This document shows, one piece after another, positions 49,265 through 58,549 of a stretch of DNA of 64,000 bases (its first letter is position 1; each line of letters begins with the position of its first letter). The translations under genes were made by a program, and so were the position numbers. The notes beneath the pieces are model-generated. The model made no database searches and was not told where the DNA came from. It saw only the letters and a program-made list of their open reading frames with translations. The DNA comes from a bacterium (GTDB lineage Bacteria; UBA8248): positions 1,024,001 to 1,088,000 of the forward strand of contig CBDCRP010000003.1 in the NCBI GenBank assembly GCA_965221165.1, in the 5' to 3' direction.

Positions 49265-50950
49265 TTATGAAATCTTCGGCAGGGGCTGCTCGCGCGTCAT
49301 GACTTCCACGATGGCCGGCTTGCCCGCCGAGAGCGCCGCCTCGATGGCTTGGTCGAGTTCGGCGGGGTCTTCCACCCGCACGCCGAACGCGTCGAAAGAG
49401 CGCGCCATCTCGGCGAAATGGGGGCTCTTGAAGTCACAGCCATAGGCCGCCCCGTAGAGGTTTTGCTGTTGCCGGTCGATCTGGCCGTAGGAGCCGTCGT
49501 TCAGGACTACCATCACGATGTCGGCGCCGTATTCGCTCGCCGTCACGAAGTCGCCGATCGTCATCAGGAACGCCCCGTCGCCCACCAGGCCGATGACGTC
49601 GCGCCCGGGATATTCCATCTTGGCGACGATGGCCGTGGGCAGCGCGAAGGACATGGCGTTCCACACGCCCGACTGCATGAAGGAGAACTGGTTCGTGAGC
49701 GGCACGTAGTAGCGCGCGAACATCTGGCAGTTGCCCACGTCGCTCACGACGATGGCGTCGGGCTTGACGTGGCGGCCGATTTTTTCCATCAACAAGGCCG
49801 GATGAATCGGCCTCTCGCCCTCATGGCCCTCGATGACGCGTAAGGCCTGGCTTCTCAAATCCGCCTTGCCCTGCGCGATCTGCTCCCTCACTTCTTCTCT
49901 CATCCGCCCGCTTTCTTCCGCCAGATGCGCCTCCAGAGCGCTCAGGAACATTTTGGGGTCCGCCACGATCTCGTCCGCGCCGCCGTAGTGCGCATCCTCC
50001 GCGTCATCGAATCCGATGAAAATCCGCTCCGGGGGCGCATAGCCGTCGATGTGCAGCACCTCCGCCGTAGCGGCTCTTAAGCCGATGAACATCATCAGGT
50101 CACACTTCGAGGTTACGCCGTTCATGAAGCGTGTGTTTCTGAAGGCGAAGTAATGCCCCACCGCCAGGGGATGATCCTCAGGAATAACGCCCATCGCATC
50201 CTGGGGGTAGATGACGGGAATCGAGAATTTATCGGCGACCCGCGCAAGTTCTCCCATCGCCCCTTTTCGCATCACCCCCTTGCCCGCGCAGATGACGGGA
50301 TATTTCGCGGCCAATAATCTCCGGGCGTACTGGGCGACGTCCTCCGCATTGGGGGCGACGGCCTGCGCCGGTTGGGGTTCGTATTCGGGCAGCGCGATGG
50401 GCTCTTCCTGCAAAAGGTGGGGGCTGTAGTCGCTGAGCCTCGGAATCTCGACGTGAACTGGCCCCGGCCTCCCGCTCCTGGCGACGTGAAACGCCCTGGC
50501 CATGACGCCCGAGATATCCTCCATCCTCTTCACGCGAACGCTCCACTTGGTGACCTTCTCGAACATCTCGACCAGAAAATCGGGGTCGTCCACCCCGTGA
50601 AACGCCTCGCGCGACGCATCGAGGGGTACTGAGCCCGTGATGTGCACCATCGGCGACGCCGCGCCGTAGGCCTGCGCCACGCCCGCGATGGAATTCGCAC
50701 CGCCGGGTCCCGCCGTGAGCAGGCAGACGCCGGGCTCTCCGGTGACCCGCCCGTAGGCGTCGGCCATCAAGGAGGCGTTCGGCTCCTGCTTGCAGGTGAC
50801 GAGACCGATGGAGGGCGCTTCCCTCAGCGCATCGTAGAACTGAAGAAGATGAGAACCGGGGAGGCAATACAGCCTCTTTACATTTTCTCTCACGAGCGCA
50901 TCGACGACGATTTGGCCCGCGTGCGCGGGCGCGCCGACCTCAAAACCCAT
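49265..50950 (-). CDS. ThDP-dependent enzyme, acetolactate synthase-like
   Basis: QEPNASLMADAYGR, GPGGAN, GPVHVEIP, GDGAF...ND. Confidence 0.9.
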   Translation of the reverse strand: MGFEVGAPAHAGQIVVDALVRENVKRLYCLPGSHLLQFYDALREAPSIGLVTCKQEPNASLMADAYGRVTGEPGVCLLTAGPGGANSIAGVAQAYGAASPMVHITGSVPLDASREAFHGVDDPDFLVEMFEKVTKWSVRVKRMEDISGVMARAFHVARSGRPGPVHVEIPRLSDYSPHLLQEEPIALPEYEPQPAQAVAPNAEDVAQYARRLLAAKYPVICAGKGVMRKGAMGELARVADKFSIPVIYPQDAMGVIPEDHPLAVGHYFAFRNTRFMNGVTSKCDLMMFIGLRAATAEVLHIDGYAPPERIFIGFDDAEDAHYGGADEIVADPKMFLSALEAHLAEESGRMREEVREQIAQGKADLRSQALRVIEGHEGERPIHPALLMEKIGRHVKPDAIVVSDVGNCQMFARYYVPLTNQFSFMQSGVWNAMSFALPTAIVAKMEYPGRDVIGLVGDGAFLMTIGDFVTASEYGADIVMVVLNDGSYGQIDRQQQNLYGAAYGCDFKSPHFAEMARSFDAFGVRVEDPAELDQAIEAALSAGKPAIVEVMTREQPLPKIS

Positions 50951-50988
50951 GGATAACCCCTCGGTCATGAAAACGAAATATGAAAAAT

Positions 50989-52068
50989 CTACGCGCCCGA
51001 TTCCTGGATGTGCGCGCAAAGATAATCGCCCACTTCCCTTGTATTCAGCGAACCGCCCAGGTCGGCCGTGGTCTTCTTCTCGCGGACGGCGGAGCGAACC
51101 GCCTCCCAGATCAGGTCCGCCGCATCCTCCATGCCCAGGGTGTTCAGCAGGATTCTTCCCGTCAGGCAGACCGCGAAGGGGTTGGCGATTCCCTTGAGCG
51201 CGATGTCGGGCGCGGTGCCGTGCACGGGCTCGAACATGCACACGCGACCCGGATGAATGCACCCCGAAGCCGCCATCCCCACGCCTCCCACGAGCCCCGC
51301 GCATAGATCGCTCAGGATGTCACCGAACATGTTGTTGGTGACGATGACGCCGAAATCCTCGGGCTTGTACAAGAGGTCCTGGCACAGCGTGTCGATGAAG
51401 TAATGTTCTCCCTCCACGTCGGGGAATTCCTCCGAGACTGCCCAGAAAACCCGCTGCCAGAGGCCGTGCGCGTGAATCAGGGAGCCGTGTTTGTCCGCCA
51501 TGGTCACCTTGGGGTAGTCGTGTTTTCGCGCATACTCGAAGGCGTAGCGGCAGATGCGCGAGACTCCCTTGTAGGTGTTGATGTCCTCCTGGATGGCGAC
51601 CTCATCGGGCGTCCCCTTCTTGAAGTTGCCGCCCACGCGCACGTTCACCCCTTCGGTGTTCTCGCGGACGACGACCAGGTCGATGGGCGCATCTTTCTTT
51701 AAGGGACAGAAATCGGGATGCAGCAGCGGCGCCGGCCGCAGGTTCACGTACAAATCGAGTTCGAAGCGAAGGGCGCGCAGGAGATCGCGGCAGTTCACGT
51801 CTTCAGGAATTCTGGGGTCGAGGCCCGCGCTGCCGAAGAGGATGGCGTCGTGCCTGGCCGCCAGCCCCCGCACCAGGCCTTCCACGTCTTCCGGCAGCGG
51901 GGTTCCGTGCTCGAGATAGTGGAGCGCGCCGTAGTCATACACTTGCGGCGAGACCGCCACCCCCGTCGCGCTTGCCGCCTCCCGGATCACCTCCGTCGCC
52001 ACGGGCAGCACGTCGTGCCCCACGCCGTCGCCCAGGATGACGGCCAGGGAAACCGTTTTTTCGCTCAT
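50989..52068 (-). CDS. Isocitrate/isopropylmalate/tartrate dehydrogenase family protein
   Basis: [33 protein letters not shown]. Confidence 0.93.
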   Translation of the reverse strand: MSEKTVSLAVILGDGVGHDVLPVATEVIREAASATGVAVSPQVYDYGALHYLEHGTPLPEDVEGLVRGLAARHDAILFGSAGLDPRIPEDVNCRDLLRALRFELDLYVNLRPAPLLHPDFCPLKKDAPIDLVVVRENTEGVNVRVGGNFKKGTPDEVAIQEDINTYKGVSRICRYAFEYARKHDYPKVTMADKHGSLIHAHGLWQRVFWAVSEEFPDVEGEHYFIDTLCQDLLYKPEDFGVIVTNNMFGDILSDLCAGLVGGVGMAASGCIHPGRVCMFEPVHGTAPDIALKGIANPFAVCLTGRILLNTLGMEDAADLIWEAVRSAVREKKTTADLGGSLNTREVGDYLCAHIQESGA

Positions 52069-52081
52069 CGCGTTCCCCCGA

Positions 52082-53257
52082 TCACAGGTGCTTGATGACT
52101 TTGATGCGCTGCACGGCGTCGCCTGCCAGATGCGTCCAGACGATCGCGTCGCGAACGAGTTTTTCCACGCCCACGTCCTTCATGACGCCCGCGCCCCCGT
52201 GGATGTCCATGCACAGGTGGGTGACGCGCTGGATGACGTCCGTCGCAAAGTTCATGAGCAGGATGTTGTGCTTCATATCGCGGTCCGCGCCCTTTTCGAG
52301 GTCGCACGCGGTGCGCATGACGTAGGAGCGCAGCGCTTCTGTGAGCATGTGCATCTCGGAGAGTTTGAGCTGAATGGCCTGGTGCTCGATGATGTATTTA
52401 CCGCCCTGCCAGCGCGTTCTGGCCTGGCGCATCGCCATGTCGACCGCCGCCTGGCACACGCCCAGCCCGTTGGAGGAAAGCTCGAGGTCGCCGAATTCGG
52501 ACGTATCGCCCTTTCTCGCCTGAATGCCCCGGTTCACCTCACCCACCACGTTGGCGTGCGGTACGCGGGCGTCCTCGAAAATAAGCTCCGCGTTCTGATA
52601 GAACCGCCAGCCTATTTTGTCGTACACCTTGCCGACGCGGAAACCAGGCGTATCCGTCGGCACCAGGAAGAGCGTGGTTCCCTGCGTGATGGGAGCGTCG
52701 GGGTCCGTTCTGCCGTCGATAAAAAAGAGCTTGCCCACGCTCCCGTTGGCGATGTAGCGCTTGCGGCCGTTCAGCACCCACTCGTCCCCATCGCGCACCG
52801 CCTTGAGCTTCCAGCCCGTTCTCGGGTCGTCCGAGGGCATGCGGTTGTCCGAACCCGCCGATTCTTCGGTTCCGCCTTTGCCGAGGAGGTAGGTGTCATC
52901 CGCCAGGAAAGGTTTCAAGAACCTGTCTTTCTGATCCTCCGTGCAGGCGGCGGCTATCAGGTGGCTCCACTTCCAGCACTGGCTGAATGTTTTCGATATA
53001 GCGCTGTCGCCGCGAGCGATTTCTTCCATCACCAGCGCCTGGGAGACGAAATCGATGCCGTGGCCTCCGCGTTCCTTGGGCACGACGGCGGTGCGAAAAC
53101 CGAGCCGGGAGCCTTTTTTGATGATCTCCCAGTCGAAGGTCTCGCGCGGGTCGGAAATCATGTCCCGCGCGAGCGATATGGGAGCGACTTCCTCGACAGC
53201 GAATCTCCTCGCCTTATCGCGCCACGCCTGCTGCTCTTCGTTCAGATTAAAATCCAT
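52082..53257 (-). CDS. Acyl-CoA dehydrogenase family protein
   Basis: TEESAGSD, WVLNGRKRYI, HQAIQLKL, IHGGAG, RDA. Confidence 0.92.
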   Translation of the reverse strand: MDFNLNEEQQAWRDKARRFAVEEVAPISLARDMISDPRETFDWEIIKKGSRLGFRTAVVPKERGGHGIDFVSQALVMEEIARGDSAISKTFSQCWKWSHLIAAACTEDQKDRFLKPFLADDTYLLGKGGTEESAGSDNRMPSDDPRTGWKLKAVRDGDEWVLNGRKRYIANGSVGKLFFIDGRTDPDAPITQGTTLFLVPTDTPGFRVGKVYDKIGWRFYQNAELIFEDARVPHANVVGEVNRGIQARKGDTSEFGDLELSSNGLGVCQAAVDMAMRQARTRWQGGKYIIEHQAIQLKLSEMHMLTEALRSYVMRTACDLEKGADRDMKHNILLMNFATDVIQRVTHLCMDIHGGAGVMKDVGVEKLVRDAIVWTHLAGDAVQRIKVIKHL

Positions 53258-53331
53258 ATAAATCAACCCTCATCAATGAAAGAATAGCGGGTCTTTTCAA
53301 CCCGCCCGTATTTTACGGAATCAGCGGAAAG

Positions 53332-54474
53332 CTAGACGGATACCCCCTGACTCAGGGGCAAAAACGCCTCATCCTCCTCATGCACCAGACCCAGTTCCCT
53401 CTCCATCTCGCGCACGAGCGGAATCACGTGTCTGCCTACGTTTTCGCATTCCCCGTGTAAGGGGAAGCCCGAGAGTATCAGCAAATCGATGCCCGCCTGT
53501 CCTATCTCGATAATTTTCTGCGCGCATTGTTCATAAGAACCCACGATGGCGACGGCCGAGCCCGAGCGAATCCGGCCCATGCCCGCCCACAGGTTGGGAC
53601 CCACCATCTCCTCGCGCGTGCGGGCCTGCTGATCCTTCGTGCCCTGGCTCTCGAACGAGGAGATGACCTTGCCCCGGTGCGCCAGCACCTCGGGGTCGAC
53701 CCGGCTCATCACCTCCTCGGCCGCCTCGAAGGCCTGGCTTTCAGTCTCGCGCGCGAAGATCTGAAAGCGCGTCACATACTTGAGCGCGCGCGTACGCCCG
53801 GCGCGCTCGCATTTGTCGTTCATGTGCCGGACGCGCCCGGCCACCTGCTCGGGGGTTTCTCCCCAGAAGACCGAATACTCCGCCCGCCGGACCGCGATGT
53901 CCTGCGCTATCTCGGAAGCCCCGGCCATGAAGAAGGGAATCCTCGGCTTCTGCACGGGGCGGGGATAGACGGTGGCGTCTTCCAGGCGGTAGAACTTGCC
54001 CGCAAACGAGTATTTATCTTTAGTCCAGAGGCCTTCCAGAATTTCGAGAAACTCATCCGTGCGCTCATAGCGCGTATCGTGGTCGAGCGTTTCGCCATAG
54101 TTCGCGAGCGCGCCGCCTCCCGTCACGACGTTGTAGAGAATGCGCCCGCCCGTGAGCTCGTCGAGAGAGGCCATCATCCGCGCGCAGATGGCCGGGTCGA
54201 TGATTCCCACCCGCACCGCCAGAAGGAGCTTTATCGTCTTCGTGGCCGGGCCGATGACCGCGGCGTTCACCATGCTGTCCCACGTGGGGGCCTGCGGCCC
54301 GTAGTGGCCGCTCACCTGCGAGGTGGGCACCAGGATGGTGGTGAAGCCGCTGCGCTCGGCGTTTTGCGCGATGCGGGTGAAGGTCTCGTAGCTCGGGGGA
54401 TGGTCGGCGAATTTCTGGCCGATGTGCGCGCTGTCGCCGTCACACGACATGTACCATGCAAGCTCTATGGCCAT
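53332..54474 (-). CDS. LLM-class flavin-dependent monooxygenase (SsuD-like)
   Basis: AERSGF..ILVPT, LLAVR, NVVTGG, NLWAG, AIVGSYEQ. Confidence 0.88.
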   Translation of the reverse strand: MAIELAWYMSCDGDSAHIGQKFADHPPSYETFTRIAQNAERSGFTTILVPTSQVSGHYGPQAPTWDSMVNAAVIGPATKTIKLLLAVRVGIIDPAICARMMASLDELTGGRILYNVVTGGGALANYGETLDHDTRYERTDEFLEILEGLWTKDKYSFAGKFYRLEDATVYPRPVQKPRIPFFMAGASEIAQDIAVRRAEYSVFWGETPEQVAGRVRHMNDKCERAGRTRALKYVTRFQIFARETESQAFEAAEEVMSRVDPEVLAHRGKVISSFESQGTKDQQARTREEMVGPNLWAGMGRIRSGSAVAIVGSYEQCAQKIIEIGQAGIDLLILSGFPLHGECENVGRHVIPLVREMERELGLVHEEDEAFLPLSQGVSV

Positions 54475-54612
54475 GAAGCTCTCTCCGGGTATATTTCCGT
54501 TCCCTTGAATGAAGAGCCAGTATATCCCCCCGGAGGGCTTTTCGTCACATGGAGTCGGCGATTCGCGCGCGGGGGTTGTGCAACGCTTTCCCCGCACCCG
54601 GCATCTTCTCCT

Positions 54613-54797
54613 TACCCTGAGTAGCCGCCGGAGGCGGCGTATCGAAGGGCGCTCCCTCGATACGGCCCTTCGGGCCTACTCGGGATGAGGCCGTGATGTT
54701 TTCATATCCCGGTTTTCTCAACACCCTTTCCTCATCCAACTTCTTCACCCTGAGTAGCGGCAAAGCCGCGTATCGAAGGGCCCATTCGGGATGAGGG
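54613..54797. repeat. CCCTGAG...TCGAAGGG palindromic repeat cluster
   Basis: ACCCTGAGTAGC-hairpin-GTATCGAAGGGC twice (about 54614 and 54747) plus an inverted copy CCCTCGATAC...CTACTCGGGATGA. Confidence 0.75.
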
Positions 54798-54832
54798 TAT
54801 GTGTTCCCTCACCGGCTTTCCCAGCAATCCCT

Positions 54833-55009
54833 TCACCCTTTCCGCTTGAAATCCTCCTTCGCCGCCCGCTTCAGCCGAAGCCGGTCCCCGTCGATCAGGG
54901 CGCGTTTATTTCGACGCGACCAGCCCTTGATCCGGCGCTCCGCCGCGACGGCGTCCCCCCGTGGAGAAAACCCGCAGGCCGGACACATCTGCATATATGC
55001 GGACCTCAT
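54833..55009 (-). pseudogene. Internally deleted small GIY-YIG nuclease
   Basis: Manual translation MRSAYMQMCPACGFSPRGDAVAAERRIKGWSRRNKRALIDGD...; ERRIKGWSR...ALI is the small GIY-YIG C-terminal signature and the YIG core is missing. Confidence 0.7.
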
Positions 55010-55866
55010 CCCTCCAGGAACGCGCTGATCTGGCGTCGGTAGTCCGGGTCGTTCATGTATTTTTTCATGAAATCGCCCGAGGGGATGTTTTCCAGATCTT
55101 CCGGCTGCGCGCCTTCCCTGAGCGCCTTTAACGTGGCATAGGCCGCCTGCGCCGCCGCCATGATGGGCTGGTGGCCCTGGAGCGCGACGCGCACGCCCAT
55201 ATCTCCGAGATAATCCAGCCCGCGCACCTCCTTGGCGCTCCCGCCCAGTATGATGGGGAGGCTCACCGCATCCGAGATGGCTTCCAGCTGCGCGCGGCTC
55301 TGGACCCCCACCACGAAGATGGCGTCCACCCCCGCCGCCTCATACGCCGTAACGCGCGCGACGGCGTCTTCGGTACCCGAGACGCGCGGCGCGCTCGTCC
55401 TGCCCGCGATGACGAGGTTCTCATCCCCGCGTCCCTCTAAAGCGGCGCGCATCTTGCCGACGCCCTCCTCAATCGTGCTGAGCTGCGCAGCCCCGGCGCC
55501 GAAGGGTTGGGGGAGTATCGTGTCCTCTATCGAGAGGCCCGCCACGCCGGCGGTTTCGAGTTCCTCGACCGTCCTCTTCACGTTCAGCGCGTTGCCGTAG
55601 CCGTGATCGGCGTCCACAAGCAGGGGAACCCCGGTTGCGCGGTTGATCCGCAGCGCCTGGGCGGCGAATTCCGTCAACGTCAACAAGATGATGTCGGGCG
55701 CGCCCAGCACGGTGAGCGAAGCGGTGGAGCCTGCGAACATCCCGACCTCGAAGCCCAAATCCTCCGCCATGCGCGCGGTGAGCGGGTCATACACCGAACC
55801 GGGATGCACGCACCCGTCGCCTTCGAGTAGGGCGCGGAATTTCTCCCGCCTTGGTGTCCAGTTCAT
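55006..55866 (-). CDS. Isocitrate lyase/PEP mutase family protein (oxaloacetate decarboxylase-like)
   Basis: PGSVYDP, VDADHGYGNALNV, IEDT, GRT. Confidence 0.88.
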   Translation of the reverse strand: MNWTPRREKFRALLEGDGCVHPGSVYDPLTARMAEDLGFEVGMFAGSTASLTVLGAPDIILLTLTEFAAQALRINRATGVPLLVDADHGYGNALNVKRTVEELETAGVAGLSIEDTILPQPFGAGAAQLSTIEEGVGKMRAALEGRGDENLVIAGRTSAPRVSGTEDAVARVTAYEAAGVDAIFVVGVQSRAQLEAISDAVSLPIILGGSAKEVRGLDYLGDMGVRVALQGHQPIMAAAQAAYATLKALREGAQPEDLENIPSGDFMKKYMNDPDYRRQISAFLEG

Positions 55867-55906
55867 ATCGAGTCCATCTCCCGCTCAAAGGTGAAACCAT
55901 GCCGGC

Positions 55907-56299
55907 TCATATGACCTCCCGCCCGCCGTCCGAATAGGTAACCTTCATCGTCACGGAACCTTCGTTCATCAGCCAGGGACGTATGGTGAACGCGCGCGCC
56001 CCGCTTGCGTGCATGGGGTCCGATGCGGCGATTTCTCTCGCCTCCGCCAGAGAACCTGCGCGAATGATGATCATCCCCTCTCCCTCCCAGCGCTGCTCAT
56101 CCTCCGTCCAGAAGGGCCCCGCGCCGAACATGATGCCCTTTTGTTCGAGTTCAACCTGAAACTTCAAGTGATCCTCCAGATTCTCCATCACCGGCCCCAG
56201 ACCGTTCGCCGGTTTCGTGAAATACACGTACATCTGCTTTTGCAGACAGCCCGCGCTTGCGTTCAGCACGTCCTGCGCGCTGATTTGCGGCTCGCTCAT
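55907..56299 (-). CDS. YciI family protein
   Basis: HL.FQ..LE..G..FGAGP and EA..IA.SDPMH. Confidence 0.85.
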   Translation of the reverse strand: MSEPQISAQDVLNASAGCLQKQMYVYFTKPANGLGPVMENLEDHLKFQVELEQKGIMFGAGPFWTEDEQRWEGEGMIIIRAGSLAEAREIAASDPMHASGARAFTIRPWLMNEGSVTMKVTYSDGGREVI

Positions 56300-56491
56300 G
56301 CTTCGCTCCTGTATGAGAGATGGTGAGTATGATGTCGATTCCAAGAGGGGCCACTATAGCATTTTTCATCCCCCCGGCCAGCGTCTCGGGGGTGTGGTGA
56401 GCCGGGGGAAGGCATGGTCTATTGCGCAAGATGCGCCCTTGCGTCCTTCCCATGTGTCCACCCTTACACGAGGTTCCACAAGTCCCGTCCC

Positions 56492-56803
56492 GTAGGGACG
56501 AACCCCTCCTCGGGGTCGTCCCACAGGCCCGCGCGCCTGTCCCCGTCGTATCCACACAAGAGGAGGGACAACCACGGGGGGTTGTCCCTACAACAATCGA
56601 ATTCGCCCACCGTGTTGTCATTCCGGCGCCATTTCCGACCGCAAAGGGGAGGGTTTGTACCGGCTGAGGAGGAGAGGCTGCTCGACCGGGGAGAAGTTTG
56701 CCCGTCATTCCGGTGTCATTTTCGACCGAGGAGGGAGGAAATGCCAGAATCCAGGCGCACGAGAAATCTCACCTGTTCTGGATTCCCGCTTTCGCGGGAA
56801 TGA
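56492..56803. repeat. Mixed cluster of GTAG-REP and GTCATTCC/GGAATGAC palindromes
   Basis: GTAGGGAC...GTCCC, GTCATTCCGG, TGGATTCCCGCTTTCGCGGGAATGACG, and degenerate CCGACCG..AGGGAGG units. Confidence 0.7.
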
Positions 56804-56862
56804 CGATCAAAAACAAAAACAGGGCAGACACACAGGTCCACCTCTACGGCAAACACCGCGCG

Positions 56863-57417
56863 TCAGGTCCGGGCACTGCGAACCGTCTCGATACTGATGA
56901 ACATTCTCAGCGGACGCGCCGGCAACGGCTGAAACCCCATGGCGGCGTAGAACGCGCGGCGTTTTTCCGTGATCTCGGGGCCGCCGTCCTCAATCACGTC
57001 GAGCACCACGGCCTTGAGCCCGATCTGATCGGCGGCAGCCGCCGCGCGGTTCAACCCGACCGCGAGAAGAATGCGTCCAAGGCCCTGGCCCTGATGGCGG
57101 CGGTCGACTGCGATCATCGAGAGATAGACGGCCGGGATGCCGCCGGAGCGGGGCGCGCTCCTCGTCATATTCGCCGGGAGGTCGTCGCCTTCGAGCGAAT
57201 GGGCGTTCAGGGCGTAAAACCCGAGAATTTCGGCTCGCTCGCCTTCGGTCGCCACCCAGACCCGCGTGAAGCCTCCCGCCTGGTGTTTCCCGGCGGTGCG
57301 TTTGAGAAAGTTGTCGAGCCGGTCGGTTCCACAGGAAAAAGCCGCCCGATCGTGTTTTTGCGGGTCGAGCGGCTCGATGGATATCCCTTGCGGATTGGCG
57401 GCGGCCTCAGCCGCCAT
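56863..57417 (-). CDS. GNAT acetyltransferase toxin (TacT/AtaT-like)
   Basis: HDRAAFSCG..RLDNFL, AVD..HQGQGLG, FYAAMGF. Confidence 0.9.
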   Translation of the reverse strand: MAAEAAANPQGISIEPLDPQKHDRAAFSCGTDRLDNFLKRTAGKHQAGGFTRVWVATEGERAEILGFYALNAHSLEGDDLPANMTRSAPRSGGIPAVYLSMIAVDRRHQGQGLGRILLAVGLNRAAAAADQIGLKAVVLDVIEDGGPEITEKRRAFYAAMGFQPLPARPLRMFISIETVRSART

Positions 57418-57724
57418 GCGTCACCCGTGCGCCGTGCAGGGCCATCGCCTCGCGCAAGGCTTCGGTCGGCTCCGCAGGCGCATCGAGAGCGGCGAGTATC
57501 ACACCGCGGTCTTCTGCCGAGAGAAGCGTGCGCTCATGATCGGCAATCGTACTCCGGGCGCGCTCTAACGCCGCGCTGGTCACGAAAGTCGTCTCGTCGA
57601 CGCCGAGCAGGGCCGCCGCCTGCTGGATCTGCGCTTTGACGTGCGGTTTGGTGCGCTGTTCCATGCGCGCCGTCTTCGGCTCGTCGATGGCGGCCGCAGG
57701 GTCTTGGAAGTTCAGCATTGCCAT
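57407..57724 (-). CDS. DUF1778 RHH antitoxin (TacA-like)
   Basis: ARMEQR...IQQAAALLG...FV..AALERA...ALDAP; overlaps the toxin start. Confidence 0.9.
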   Translation of the reverse strand: MAMLNFQDPAAAIDEPKTARMEQRTKPHVKAQIQQAAALLGVDETTFVTSAALERARSTIADHERTLLSAEDRGVILAALDAPAEPTEALREAMALHGARVTHGG

Positions 57725-57804
57725 GTCTCCTTTGCTTCCGCTAATGTACGGCATATTGCCGGACGCTGCAAGCCAGCATCATCTCCCGAGGGGGTAGAGG
57801 AACA

Positions 57805-58257
57805 TCAGGTGAGCGGGTCCGCGCATTCCTCCCTGCGCACCGCGCCGCCCACGACGATGGCCGCGCTCAAGAGGATGAGGTTCTTGATGATGTATTGCCC
57901 CTCGAGCGTGGGGGCGAAGGGAATCTGCGCGAAGCAGACCTCGGGCAGGAGAAACAGCGGCAGAATCGTCCCCGGCATTTGCAGGAAAAGCAGGAACAGG
58001 GCCACGCGGATGAGCGGGCGGAAGAGCAGCCCTACCCCTATCGCCACCTCCCACCAGCCGAGCAGGGGGATGAAGAAATCGGGCGGCAGCCAATAGACCG
58101 TGCGGCGCACGAGCTCGGCCGCGGCGCTAAGGCCCAAAGGTTTCAGGATACCGAACCAGATGAAGACGACGGCGAGCGATATCCTCAGGAACAGGCGCCC
58201 GTAGCGGTTCATCCAGCCCGAGATGTGGCGATCGATTTCGTCGATGTACGTGATCAA
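57805..58257 (-). CDS. DoxX/DUF417-like membrane protein
   Basis: LRISLAVVFIWFGILK and TLEGQYIIKN; start uncertain. Confidence 0.8.
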   Translation of the reverse strand: MITYIDEIDRHISGWMNRYGRLFLRISLAVVFIWFGILKPLGLSAAAELVRRTVYWLPPDFFIPLLGWWEVAIGVGLLFRPLIRVALFLLFLQMPGTILPLFLLPEVCFAQIPFAPTLEGQYIIKNLILLSAAIVVGGAVRREECADPLT

Positions 58258-58549
58258 GGGAGTTCCGTCCCGGCGGCGGGATACGAGCGGACCACGCCCC
58301 TGAATATAGCCGTTTATCGCGCCTGTGGAAATTCCCGAGTGCCTAAAACCATCCGGGCGAGACGCTTTTCCCTCCCCTTCACCGGATGCCTGAGCAGGGA
58401 AGACGCAACAGCCATAAATTCTCCAAATTGAAAAATGCGGGCCGTTGTCGCATAATTTCTCCATAGTTGCTTATGCGGAAACATAAAAAGAGCGGGCGGC
58501 CGGCGTCTTTTGATTTGCGCCGTCCTATCCTCAAAACCGGGAGGTTTAT

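Noticed and set aside
58455-58470. BaeR-box-like TTTCTCCATAGTTG between doxX and cocE
   Set aside because: A single short match far from the two-component genes; cannot be told from chance by eye.
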